Below, in pieces: positions 17,409 to 25,706 of a stretch of 64,000 nucleotides of DNA (position 1 is its first letter; each line of letters starts with the position of its first letter). Made by a program: the position numbers and the translations under genes. The notes under the pieces are model-generated. The model made no database searches. It was not told the origin of the DNA and was given only the letters and a program-made list of their open reading frames with translations. The stretch is taken from contig OZ243928.1 in the NCBI GenBank assembly GCA_965213865.1, positions 2,825,003-2,889,002 of the forward strand. Reading direction: 5' to 3'. Source of the stretch: Arenicellales bacterium. Its GTDB lineage: Bacteria; Pseudomonadota; Gammaproteobacteria; Arenicellales; JAJDZL01.

Positions 17409-17944
17409 TTATTCGATCGGGATGACAATGGATCGGGCCGGCTCGTACATGATGATAGAGAGATGATGGCCTGAACCCACATCCTCGCCGCGACCAGTAC
17501 TGATCAGCAGATTCACTTCATTCAGCACCTGTCCAGGAAACACCCCATGTTCAGCAAGCAACCCCGCATTGCAGAATTCCGCACGGCCTTTCTCTGTCCA
17601 CCCGCTGCCCAAATTTACTCCGGCGCCCCCCACATAATCCCCATCGCATCGATTATCAGTGTTCAAACTCTGATCGCATGGACTTCCATCCCAGACAACG
17701 GCGCAAACCTCCAGAGGCGGATTGGTGATCGCGCAATCGGAGGGCAGTTGGAATCTGATGATGACTTGGTCATTGGGACTGAATCTACTCGGATTCCCAA
17801 TTGCTGGCCAGGCCTTGGTAATCTTGACATCACTGAGTGTGCACCGGGCCTCTGCCGTTCCGGCGGCCAGAGTCAAAGCCGCCAGCACAAAGGCGATCAG
17901 CGCTGTTAATTGTCGGGGGGGGAGGAGATAAGTAAAGTGCGCAT
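17409..17944 (-). CDS. Small six-Cys secreted protein, 5' end interrupted at a C8 tract (frameshifted / phase-OFF as sequenced)
   Basis: ORF track 17409..17888 has a GTG start and a truncated signal peptide. The ATG at 17944 opens MRTLLISSPPDN*, stopping at 17906-17908. Adding one C to the C8 tract gives MRTLLISSPPPRQLTALIAFVLAALTLAAGTAEA|RCTLSD..., continuous with the 159-codon ORF (178 aa in total). No family recognised. Confidence 0.55.
17915..17922 (-). repeat. Homopolymeric tract, C8 on the coding (minus) strand
   Basis: GGGGGGGG at 17915-17922 on the plus strand, between the ATG (17944) and the signal-peptide core of the gene above. Confidence 0.95.
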
Positions 17945-17981
17945 TTTCTTATTACTCAAAGCGAAAGACTATTAAAATTAT

Positions 17982-18011
17982 ATTCTAACTGAACTTCGCG
18001 GGTTGTGTCAA
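17982..18011 (-). promoter_or_regulatory. Candidate sigma-70 promoter for the gene starting at 17944
   Basis: The minus strand reads TTGACA (18011-18006), 18 nt, TAGAAT (17987-17982), with an overlapping TATAAT (17982-17977). It lies ~37 nt upstream of the ATG. The -35 overlaps the TGA (18008-18010) of the transposase remnant. Confidence 0.4.
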
Positions 18012-19376
18012 ATCAGCAATTCTAATTTTGGCGTGCGGGTCAGTTCATTGGATATTCGGGTGATTTTAAAAATTCGGGTTCTTCTCAGTGCGGCGGGCTC
18101 TCGTTGCGGCGGGGCGGCGAGCTGCTGGGGCCGGGCCACCGTCTTGAGCAGCTCGGACCAGCTCTTGAAATAGATGTATTCGGTCAGCAGATCCAAGGCG
18201 GCAAAGAAGCGCTTTCTGCGAAAACACTGGTGATGCGCGATTTTCCACAGCGTGCACAGCGGGTCGCACACGCCATGGAACGCAAAGGCCAGCAGGTTGA
18301 GCGTGAGCAGCGTATTGGACAGGCCGTTTTTGCCATCGCCGAAATTGTGCTCCATGTGACAGCCTTGGTTCTTGAGCAGGCTGGAGCCCTCGTTCTCGCA
18401 TTTCCAGCGGGCGCGCCCGGCGGCGATGAGGGTCTCGATATTGCTCTCATCGAGCTTGATGGAGGCGATGAGGCGGAACGTCTGTCCCGCGCGGCGCGCG
18501 CCGGCCTGGCGGATCTCAAGCTCGATCTAGCAGGCTTGCAAGGGTTTTTCCTGGCCGTCAGCGGCAGGCGGTGATAAGTCCACCGCCAGCGCTGCTGCCG
18601 GTTGGGCTTGCGCCGGCCCGGGGTCTTGACCATGCGCTCCCGGTGCGGCCAGTCGATGCCGTCGACATAGCTGAACAGCGTGGTGTGGCCATCGGTTTTC
18701 ACGCGCAGGATGAAGTCGGCGCCGGCCGCCAGGATCTTTCTGCACATCGGCTCTTTGGCGTAGAGGTCATCGCCGAGACAGATCGGCCTGAGGCCGGCAT
18801 GGCGCGCGGCGTTGCGGTCCAGCCAGCGGCAGGCGGCCTTGGTCTCGCAGTCCTGCTTGGCGTCGCCGTCCTGCGGGGTGATGAATTCCGGGCGCAGCGG
18901 CACCGCATGCGGGTGGCCGATCCCGACCAGGACCGCCGCCAGCACGCTGTGACAGTATTCGGTGTACTGGGTGTCCTTGCCTTTGTTCTTGACGCGGGTC
19001 TGGCAGTGCTGGCAGTGGATCTCGCGCGAGTTTGAAACTCAGAGCCGTCGAGCGCGATCGGCGTGCGTCCGCCCAGGGCCTGATAGGGCCCGAGAGCGCT
19101 GAAGGTCTGCAGCTGCTCGAACGCCAGGTCGAAGCCGTCATGCAGGTCGGCGCTGTCGATGCGGTCGAGCTGGGCGCGGATGTGAATGTCAGTCGGCAGG
19201 CGCGCGATGCCGAACAGCGAGCCGGCGGCGCTTTTGCCGTTCGCCTTGTGGAACACCCGCTGGTGGTCCAGAAACGACGGCGACTGGATGAAAAAGCACG
19301 AAAACGCGCTCATGACAATATCGTCAAAGCGGTACTGCTTGTTTCGGCCCCGGCGCGGGTCGGGCACCCGGGCGAA
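18008..19376 (-). pseudogene. Degraded DDE transposase (IS4/IS5-superfamily-like; family not resolved)
   Basis: Transposase-like sequence is spread over three minus-strand frames. Frame 1 (to ~19035): 'ARVPDPRRGRNKQYRFDDIVMSAFSCFFIQSPSFL...LFGIARLPTD...ALDGSEF'. Frame 2 (to ~18555): 'EIHCQHCQTRVKNKGKDTQYTEYCHSVLAAVLVGIGHPHAVPLRPEFITPQDGDAKQDCE...FILRVKTDGHTTLF...WRWTYHRLPLT'. Frame 3: 'ADGQEKPLQAC*IELEIRQ...LIAAGRARWKCENEGSSLLKNQGCHMEHNFGDGKNGLSNTLLTLNLLAFAFH', with an in-frame TAG at 18527-18529. That makes two frameshifts plus one nonsense codon. Confidence 0.75.
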
Positions 19377-20015
19377 CACGGCGACGCGCTCGGCGTGCGG
19401 CAGCGCCCGGCAGCGCCGCCCCCAGTTTTGCGCCTTGCGCTTGATGCGCTGGCGGTCGGTGAAGTTTTTCCCCGCGCAGCGCCACCAGTGGACGCGGTCC
19501 GGCGTGAAGCTGAACCACACCCTTTCGGTGACCACCCCGGCCTGGTTCATGACCTGCAGCGCCAGGGTGTTCCAGTCACTGAGGGCGTCGTCATACAGCG
19601 CCGAGCTGCAGCCGCAGATCATCACCGCGCAGGGCAGGCGCCGCACAATCTCAAGCAGCTCCAGGGGGTCGGATTCCTCATAGTCACAGCGGCAGCGGCA
19701 GCGCTCAGGAGCCTTGCGGGCGGAGGCCAGATAGGGCGGGTCGCAAAACACCAGCTCGGTGCCGTCCCAGTCAAACTGCGCCAGATACGCATGGCAGCAG
19801 CCGTGGACCAGCTCCACCGGACAGTGGCGCTCAAATGCCTTGATGGCGCGCCGGTCCAGATCGATGCCGATGCTGCGCAGCGCCGCCGGCTTTCTCTGCA
19901 TGATGCGCCCGTTGCCCAGGTGCGACTCGATGAAAGTCGCATGGGGCGGCATCAGGGCGATCAGCGGCTGGCACAGTCCTGAGGTGGCTTTGGAGCCGAA
20001 AAAAAGGTTGCCCAT
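19377..20015 (-). CDS. Dam-like N6-adenine DNA methyltransferase (D12 class) lacking its own stop codon
   Basis: This is the N-terminal ~213 codons of ORF 18699..20015. 'NLFFGSKATSGLCQPLIALMPPHATFIESHLGNGRIM' carries the GxK and FxGxG-like SAM region. 'ELVFCDPPYLA' carries the DPPY catalytic motif (19731-19742). 'GKNFTDRQRIKRKAQNWGRR' follows. The reading frame continues directly into transposase-derived sequence; the boundary (~19376) is approximate. Confidence 0.6.
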
Positions 20016-20623
20016 GGGCCTGAGATCCGCGGTCTGAGATGCAATGGCGGAAAAGAACAGCGGAGCCGGGCTGTTTTGTCAAGCGCGGCGGGCGGAAAAA
20101 ACGCCCGCCGCCGGCAGACAAGGCCTGCATGGAGGTGCAGCCGTAAATCCGGGCCTGCGGCGCGTGAAAAAAACTTGGTGCTGGCGATTCTAAGTCTTTC
20201 AGCTTTTCAAATAAAAATAGCTGTTACAGCAGCTTGATGCGCTGCAGGCGGTGAGGAGACTGGGCAGTCAAGCCAAAATTAGAACTGCTGGGCGGCCAGT
20301 CAGACGGATAGTTTTTCGGAGAGTTTTCAGCAAATGCACTGGTGCGGTGGCGCACGGGTGAAAATACAGTGGCAGGCAGGACTGGCATGAGCATCATATC
20401 AGCAGCCATGCAAGCATAGTCTGGATTTTCACCCAGCTACGAGTTGCGGCTTGCGGAAAGGATTGACACACCCAAATGGCGATACGCAATCAACCTCAAT
20501 GAACCGGCCTTGCCTGCAACTCGATTCGTGAGAAAAAATCATAAAAGCAGAACTTTTAGCCATCTGCGCTCGCAGCTGAACTGTTTCGAATTCGATCATA
20601 TCCTGTCCAGCTGTTGATCAGTT

Positions 20624-21397
20624 TCAGAAAAAACTTGAGACAACCTGCCCGGCAAGAATCAGACCCAGTGCGAGCAGAATCAATTTAATTATTTTTCGAA
20701 ACAGCGCCAAGTCAATTCTGGCATGTACCGCCTGCCCCAAAATCAAACCGGCCGCTGCCACCGCTGCCAGCGGCAGCGTTGCAATCGCTACCCGATAGTC
20801 AAAACTGCCAGCAGCTGTGAATACCGCCACCTGTGCAGCTTTCCCAGATAGAAAGCACATATTGAATACCTGTACCATCATCGTTTTCCCCCATCCAGCC
20901 TCGAGAGAATAAATCACCAGAATCGGTACCATGGTGTTGGTCGAGCCAGCTGAAAATCCTGCTGTCATGCCGAACCCGAATTTGGACAGTCGCGGATAAT
21001 GATTGACGATGGAAAGAAATCCGCGATAGGAATGCTCGATCGCAAGATACAGGAAAATCAGCAATGCCAGAAGCATTTTGAATGGAGTCGGGTCGCTGAC
21101 GACGATAAAGTAGGCGCCCGCCACTGAACCGAGCAGGCACCACACAGCCAGCGGCCAGAATTTGCCTAAACTTGCGCTCCAGTTGCCGCCCTTCGCGATG
21201 CTGATCAAATTCACCGTGATGGTAGGCAAAAGCGTGACCAGTATCGCAAGTCTGAGGTCGATGAAAGTTGAGAGAATAGCTGTCGAAAGAAGCGGAAATC
21301 CCAGACCGATAGAGCCATGAACAAAGCCTGCGAACAGCGCAGTTACAATGATTATCGCAAAATTCAGGTAAGTGATTCCTTCAAGCATCGCGGTCAA
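20624..21397 (-). CDS. TauE/SafE-family anion (sulfite/sulfonate) exporter permease
   Basis: 257-aa polytopic membrane protein with the Gly-rich helices typical of TauE/SafE (DUF81): 'GFVHGSIGLGFPLLST' and 'GMTAGFSAGSTNTMVPILVIY'. Confidence 0.8.
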   Translation of the reverse strand: MTAMLEGITYLNFAIIIVTALFAGFVHGSIGLGFPLLSTAILSTFIDLRLAILVTLLPTITVNLISIAKGGNWSASLGKFWPLAVWCLLGSVAGAYFIVVSDPTPFKMLLALLIFLYLAIEHSYRGFLSIVNHYPRLSKFGFGMTAGFSAGSTNTMVPILVIYSLEAGWGKTMMVQVFNMCFLSGKAAQVAVFTAAGSFDYRVAIATLPLAAVAAAGLILGQAVHARIDLALFRKIIKLILLALGLILAGQVVSSFF

Positions 21398-21637
21398 GTT
21401 TACATCACTCAGCGGACTGATTCGCGAAGTTTGAATGCCTTGAGCGCTGACCGTGCCACGACGCAGGCGAACGTAAGCAGCAACCGACTTCAGCGGCTGA
21501 CGGCTAGTTGCCGACTATTAAACCTCGAAGCCTGAACGATTTGCTCGTTTGAAACTCAGATAGGGCCAGGATGAAATCCTGCATGGACTTACAGGGTCAA
21601 GCCGCCAATGACTGAAAACTTCAATCGTTGTATCGCA

Positions 21638-22057
21638 TCAATTGCGGATAAACCGCTCTTTAATGAAATGCTTGACGGAATCACGCTGATATCTTTTCAA
21701 ATTCTTGCCAATCCTACCATCGCGTTTCAAGTCCTTGCGAATCGACGGCCAAGCCTCCTTTACGCTTTCTGCGCTGAGCACTAAATCCGGGTAGATGCAG
21801 GTGTCACAGACAACATTACGATGAAAAATTTTCTTTCCTCGCTCATACATGACCTCTGCATGAATGCTCACACTGCCACCGCCGCCCTCACCAGACCCGC
21901 CGTTCCCTCCCCCGGAGCCGCTGTTTCCTCCGCTAGAACTGCCGCTGCCAGAGCTACTGCCGCTGCCAGCATAGCTATTGGCATCAAAGCCAATTGGCAT
22001 CGCAAGAAGAATCACAAAACTACAAGCTAAAATCTTACCCGCAAGTGTGCCTGACAT
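21638..22057 (-). CDS. Secreted protein: signal peptide + Gly/Ser low-complexity tract + cytochrome-c-like CxxC domain without the heme His (paralogue 1)
   Basis: 139 aa with a hydrophobic N-terminus, then 'GSGSSSGSGSSSGGNSGSGGGNGGSGEGGGGS', then 'MYERGKKIFHRNVVCDTCIYPDL...GKNLKRYQRDSVKHFIKERF'. 42 of 77 gapless-aligned C-terminal positions are identical to the next gene (hand count). Confidence 0.7.
   Translation of the reverse strand: MSGTLAGKILACSFVILLAMPIGFDANSYAGSGSSSGSGSSSGGNSGSGGGNGGSGEGGGGSVSIHAEVMYERGKKIFHRNVVCDTCIYPDLVLSAESVKEAWPSIRKDLKRDGRIGKNLKRYQRDSVKHFIKERFIRN
21932..21967 (-). repeat. Imperfect 18-bp tandem duplication inside the Gly/Ser tract
   Basis: Plus strand GCTAGAACTGCCGCTGCC (21932-21949) / AGAGCTACTGCCGCTGCC (21950-21967). 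It encodes GSGSSS-GSGSSS on the minus strand. Confidence 0.7.
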
Positions 22058-22176
22058 TTCTCCTACCCAATCTCAAACGATTATTGAACAATGAACACAG
22101 GGGAAACTGCAGCCTTAAGTTAAAACACTCGACTGCCAAAAATGATTGCCCTGCCGCATCAGGAGCGAAAAAAAAA

Positions 22177-22554
22177 CTACCTGACTTTGTAACGCTGTTT
22201 GATGTATTTTCTCAATGAAGTACGCTGATATCGCTTCAGGTTTTTGCCGATCTCTCCATCGCGCCTAAGATCCGATTGCAAATCGGGCCAAATCGCAGCG
22301 ACCGCATCCGCTTCAAGACTTAAATCCGCATAGGGACAGGTTTCGCACACAACGTGCTTGCCAAACAGTTTTTTGCCGCGCTCATACAGCATCTCCTCGT
22401 GGACACTGCTGCCAGCGCCGCCGCCGGAACCTCCGCCGGAAGCGAATGCCAATGGCGCAGCGAGCAGCAGTGTCGCCAAGGCGGTTGATGAAAAGCGGAT
22501 AAATGACTTGCATGCGGAATGAATCACTTGAATAATCCTCGTAAAGCTACGCAC
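22177..22554 (-). CDS. Secreted protein: signal peptide + Gly/Ser tract + cytochrome-c-like CxxC domain without the heme His (paralogue 2)
   Basis: 125 aa with a 'STALATLLLAAPLAFA' signal-like core, 'SGGGSGGGAGSS', then 'LYERGKKLFGKHVVCETCPYADL...GKNLKRYQRTSLRKYIKQRY'. The true start may lie downstream of 22554. Confidence 0.7.
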   Translation of the reverse strand: MRSFTRIIQVIHSACKSFIRFSSTALATLLLAAPLAFASGGGSGGGAGSSVHEEMLYERGKKLFGKHVVCETCPYADLSLEADAVAAIWPDLQSDLRRDGEIGKNLKRYQRTSLRKYIKQRYKVR

Positions 22555-22736
22555 TGAGTGAATAATTTCTCATTGACTTCACTGACTGGGTGCAACGCTG
22601 ATCCTTGCGCAGCATGGCGTATTTTTTTGAAGCCTGCCATGAAACAAAAATTATAGTAACCCCAAAGTCAATATAGAAGATCTGACCGATATATGAGTAC
22701 ATTAGACTATCGCTGCCGTATAAAGTTATCCCATTC

Positions 22737-24059
22737 GTGAAAACGCATCTTGCCGGAAGATCGGCCCAAAAATTCATCTATTTCCTCGCTGGGCCACTCA
22801 TTGCGATTGTCTTGATTCTGGTCGCCGGCGCCTCAAGAATGCCGGCTGGCATTGAGCTGGCACCTTTTCTGACTGGACATTTTCTATGCGCTGCGATTGT
22901 ACTCGCCTATTGGCAGTGGCTGCGCCGCAATCAAATCGCGATCACCTCAGCCATGGTCATCACCTGGGCCATCGTGTTCCGGCTGATTGGCATCTGGGGA
23001 GAGCCTATTCTGGAAGATGACTACTTTCGGTTCATACTGGATGGCTGCAATTTTGTCCTGAGCGGCACACCCTATGGCATCGTGCCGTCATCTTTATTTG
23101 CCGACAGCTCAATGCCACCCGAGTGTCAAGAAGCATTGACTTGGATGAACAATCCAGATCTGCCAACCATCTATGCGCCTGCACTCCAGTATCTTTTTGC
23201 ATTGGCTTATCTGGCAGCGCCGGGAAGCATTGATGTTCTGCAGGCAGCGATAGCGAGTTTCGATCTCGCAATTATCGTTCTGCTCGTTAGACTCGCTCCA
23301 GCCAAAAATGTTCTTCTCTATGCATGGTGTCCGCTCATCCTGAAAGAATTTGCCTTTACCGCGCACCCGGATGTGATTGGCGTACTGGCCTTGCTCGCAG
23401 CGTTTTATGCACATCGCAACTCATCACAAGCCGCAGCCTCGGTGTTGCTTGGCATCGCCTGCTGCGTCAAGGTGTTTGCAGTACTGGCCCTGCCCTTCAT
23501 TCTCTTGCGCTATGCGCCAAAATACTGGCTCATGACGCTGGCAACCATCGGTTTGCTGTATCTGCCGTTTGTCATTCAAGGGGCGACAGATCTGGCAATT
23601 CTCGGCCACTTCGCATACCATTGGAACTTCAATGGGTTTTTCTTCAACGGGGTTGCCGCATGGACAGGCGATGCAGTCGCTCGTTACGTATGCGGCGCCT
23701 TGTTTGCCGGATGGTTTGTGTTCTATCTGAGGCATTTCAGCATGAATGCATCTGCGACCGACTGGCCGCGCATGGACTGGGTATTCGGACTGCTCCTGTT
23801 TGTCTCTCCCGTAATCAACCCGTGGTATCTGGCTTGGATTCTCCCGTTTGCAGTCATTCGTCCAAGTTGCTGGGCTTGGACAGCGGCGACTGTCAGCGTT
23901 CTTTCGTATATCACAGGACTCAACCTCTTCGACGACAATCTTCTGCCGTATGAAGTGGCCAAGTCGGCTTGGCTGATCGAGTATGGCTGTATCGCCTTGG
24001 CTCTGGCTTTCGATTGCCGCAGCTACCGAAAGCAGCAAAAAGTCGGGGAAAGCGTCTGA
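22737..24059 (+). CDS. Polytopic membrane protein, GT-C-fold glycosyltransferase-like (DUF2029/GT87-like)
   Basis: 440 aa with many hydrophobic helices. An early loop carries the acidic motif 'GEPILEDDYFRFILDG', as in GT-C enzymes that use polyprenyl-phosphate sugars. GTG start at 22737. The family assignment is by pattern only. Confidence 0.55.
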   Translation: MKTHLAGRSAQKFIYFLAGPLIAIVLILVAGASRMPAGIELAPFLTGHFLCAAIVLAYWQWLRRNQIAITSAMVITWAIVFRLIGIWGEPILEDDYFRFILDGCNFVLSGTPYGIVPSSLFADSSMPPECQEALTWMNNPDLPTIYAPALQYLFALAYLAAPGSIDVLQAAIASFDLAIIVLLVRLAPAKNVLLYAWCPLILKEFAFTAHPDVIGVLALLAAFYAHRNSSQAAASVLLGIACCVKVFAVLALPFILLRYAPKYWLMTLATIGLLYLPFVIQGATDLAILGHFAYHWNFNGFFFNGVAAWTGDAVARYVCGALFAGWFVFYLRHFSMNASATDWPRMDWVFGLLLFVSPVINPWYLAWILPFAVIRPSCWAWTAATVSVLSYITGLNLFDDNLLPYEVAKSAWLIEYGCIALALAFDCRSYRKQQKVGESV

Positions 24060-24065
24060 AATATC

Positions 24066-24770
24066 CTAGCGTCTGAAAAAGAAAAGCCGGAATATCCAAT
24101 AAAACATCTTGGAGCCGGCCAGCAGGGAGCCTTTCACCGTCCCGGATATCTTCGATCTGCCGATGCGCTTGCGATACTGAACAGGCACTTGGTCAATGAG
24201 CCTGCCCTGTAAATGGGCTTTGAGCTGCATCTCAACAGTCCAGCCATAGTTTGTATCCTGCATATTGAGCTCACGCAGCGTCTGCGCCCGAATGCAGCGC
24301 ATCGGTCCCAAATCATCAAACTTCACCCGAAACAGCGCCCATATCACCCAGCACACCAGTTGAGTACCCAATCTTTGGTGCGCAAATCTTCCTTTTGCCT
24401 CACCTTCGGCATCCGCTCGACAGCCGATTGCAAGCTCGCAGCGCTGGGCCGATACCGGCTCAATCACACGGATGGCTTCATGCGGATAGTCACTGAAACC
24501 TGCGCCAATGAATACGATGATTTGCGCATCTTCGGCGGCACGGATGCCCGCCAGACAAGCTGCGCCATAACCGCTTTGACTTTCACGAACAACAGCCGCA
24601 CCTGCGGCCTGCGCAAGCTTGACTGTTGCATCGGCAGAATCTTTATCGACTACGATGATTTGATCCACACATTCTGGAAGACCATCAATGACTCTGGTGA
24701 TGGAACGTTCTTCGTTAAAAGCTGGAATAATGACCGTAACCTGCTGCTGATTATGCATTGTCGGGTTCAT
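24066..24770 (-). CDS. GT2-family glycosyltransferase, DPM1/ArnC-like (polyprenyl-phosphate-sugar synthase type)
   Basis: 'VTVIIPAFNEERSI', 'QIIVVDKDSADATV', then C-terminal 'VPVQYRKRIGRSKISG' followed by a hydrophobic tail. Where the DxD motif is expected I read 'IIVFIGAGFSDYP'. The start may be ATG 24758 rather than 24770. Confidence 0.8.
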   Translation of the reverse strand: MNPTMHNQQQVTVIIPAFNEERSITRVIDGLPECVDQIIVVDKDSADATVKLAQAAGAAVVRESQSGYGAACLAGIRAAEDAQIIVFIGAGFSDYPHEAIRVIEPVSAQRCELAIGCRADAEGEAKGRFAHQRLGTQLVCWVIWALFRVKFDDLGPMRCIRAQTLRELNMQDTNYGWTVEMQLKAHLQGRLIDQVPVQYRKRIGRSKISGTVKGSLLAGSKMFYWIFRLFFFRR

Positions 24771-25596
24771 TCAAATTCCAGTTGTACTCGTAATCGTCGA
24801 TTGCATCGCGCGACTTGAGCCGCACATCCAGCTCATCGTCCGCATACTCCCGAAGGTGCTCAATCACTTGTGCCTCATTCTCGCCAAAATCACGCCTGTA
24901 CCAGTCAAATATAGAGGAAACAATCAGCTCTCCATCCTCGAAACGCACCCCTCGCGGGTGATTGATGAATTGCTGTGCCGCTTGTTCAAGCAATGACTCA
25001 AGATTGGCTGCGGTAAACGCACGGCGCTGCAGATTCGGGCAGCCGATCGACGCGCAATTGACGGCATAGTGGATGCGAGGATCCGCGAAGATCGGCCTCA
25101 GTATGTCGTGTTCAATATTGTCCAGCGACAGCTCTCTGCCCTCGACCTGAACCAGCGGCTCTTTCCACGGCCCGCGAGACAGGAGACTGTATGAGATGTC
25201 CCGAATGCTTGCAATCGGGTAATGCTCCAAAACAACCCAGATCGTCAGCGCGTTGTAAAGGTTGACCCAATAGGCGAATTGCTCATCTTCACCGAGATCA
25301 ACCACCGTCACCGACTCAAGCATCTGAAGATAGGCGTCCAGCGCCACTTGATCCGCGGCCGCGACTTGCGAATACTTGAAGTAGCTCAAGCCCTGCACCT
25401 CAATGAGATAGGCATCCAGGATGCGGTCCCACTCGCTGTGATCAATCTCAGCGGTACTGGCAGAGTTGGATTGGCTCCAATGCACGGCCAAATCATCGCT
25501 GCCCTGTACGGTAAAACCGGCAATCAGCAGCAGACCGCAAATCAAAACAGATCGACTCCAATTCATAACTCGCTTAAATTCATTGCCATGCGGCAC
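24751..25596 (-). CDS. DUF547 domain protein (probably exported)
   Basis: 'QFAYWVNLYNALTIWVVLEHYP' and 'LSLDNIEHDILRPIFADPRIHYAVNCASIGCPNL' form the DUF547 core. The N-terminus is hydrophobic (MNWSRSVLICGLLLIAGF; alternative start 25566). Confidence 0.8.
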   Translation of the reverse strand: MPHGNEFKRVMNWSRSVLICGLLLIAGFTVQGSDDLAVHWSQSNSASTAEIDHSEWDRILDAYLIEVQGLSYFKYSQVAAADQVALDAYLQMLESVTVVDLGEDEQFAYWVNLYNALTIWVVLEHYPIASIRDISYSLLSRGPWKEPLVQVEGRELSLDNIEHDILRPIFADPRIHYAVNCASIGCPNLQRRAFTAANLESLLEQAAQQFINHPRGVRFEDGELIVSSIFDWYRRDFGENEAQVIEHLREYADDELDVRLKSRDAIDDYEYNWNLNEPDNA

Positions 25597-25706
25597 TGCC
25601 TGTCAGCGCCAAGAAACGCCGAACCGACGCGAATGCGGCCTGGCGATCGACTTTGGCTTCAGATTGCCGCTTGAGATTTTTACACATTTCGATGGCGAAC
25701 CTGATC

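Noticed and set aside
18104-19982. Plus-strand ORFs 18104..18574, 18571..19035, 19032..19982 and 19186..19683 across the methyltransferase/transposase block.
   Set aside because: Same reasoning: these are GC-rich antisense frames with low-complexity Ala/Arg/Gly/Val composition. The minus strand explains the region.
20085-20111. 10-bp perfect hairpin GCGGCGGGCG-GAAAAAA-CGCCCGCCGC upstream of the methyltransferase start.
   Set aside because: It lies upstream of the minus-strand methyltransferase and no plus-strand gene ends nearby, so a terminator role is not obvious. It may belong to the foreign GC-rich block. No function can be supported.
18001-20473. Possible terminal inverted repeat GGTTGTGTCAAATC (18001-18014) vs GATTGACACACCC (20461-20473). 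If real, it would define a 2.5-kb element carrying both the transposase and the methyltransferase.
   Set aside because: It is only ~13 nt with a mismatch and an indel, and there is no similarity further inward. It contains the common TTGACA-like core, and the 20170-20470 interval is not GC-rich like the rest of the block. That is too weak to call without other copies of the element.
21880-21975. Repetitive GCC/GCT/ACT-rich DNA that might at first glance look like a repeat array.
   Set aside because: It is the in-frame Gly/Ser-coding tract of gene 21638..22057. It has no repeat-spacer organisation and is not a CRISPR array.
22168-22176. A9 run (T9 on the minus strand) immediately after the stop of gene 22177..22554. 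Similar A/T runs occur at 55717-55725 and 19999-20005.
   Set aside because: No preceding hairpin, so it is not a convincing intrinsic terminator. The others lie in a pseudogene or encode Phe-Phe in-frame. None interrupts a reading frame as the two C tracts do.
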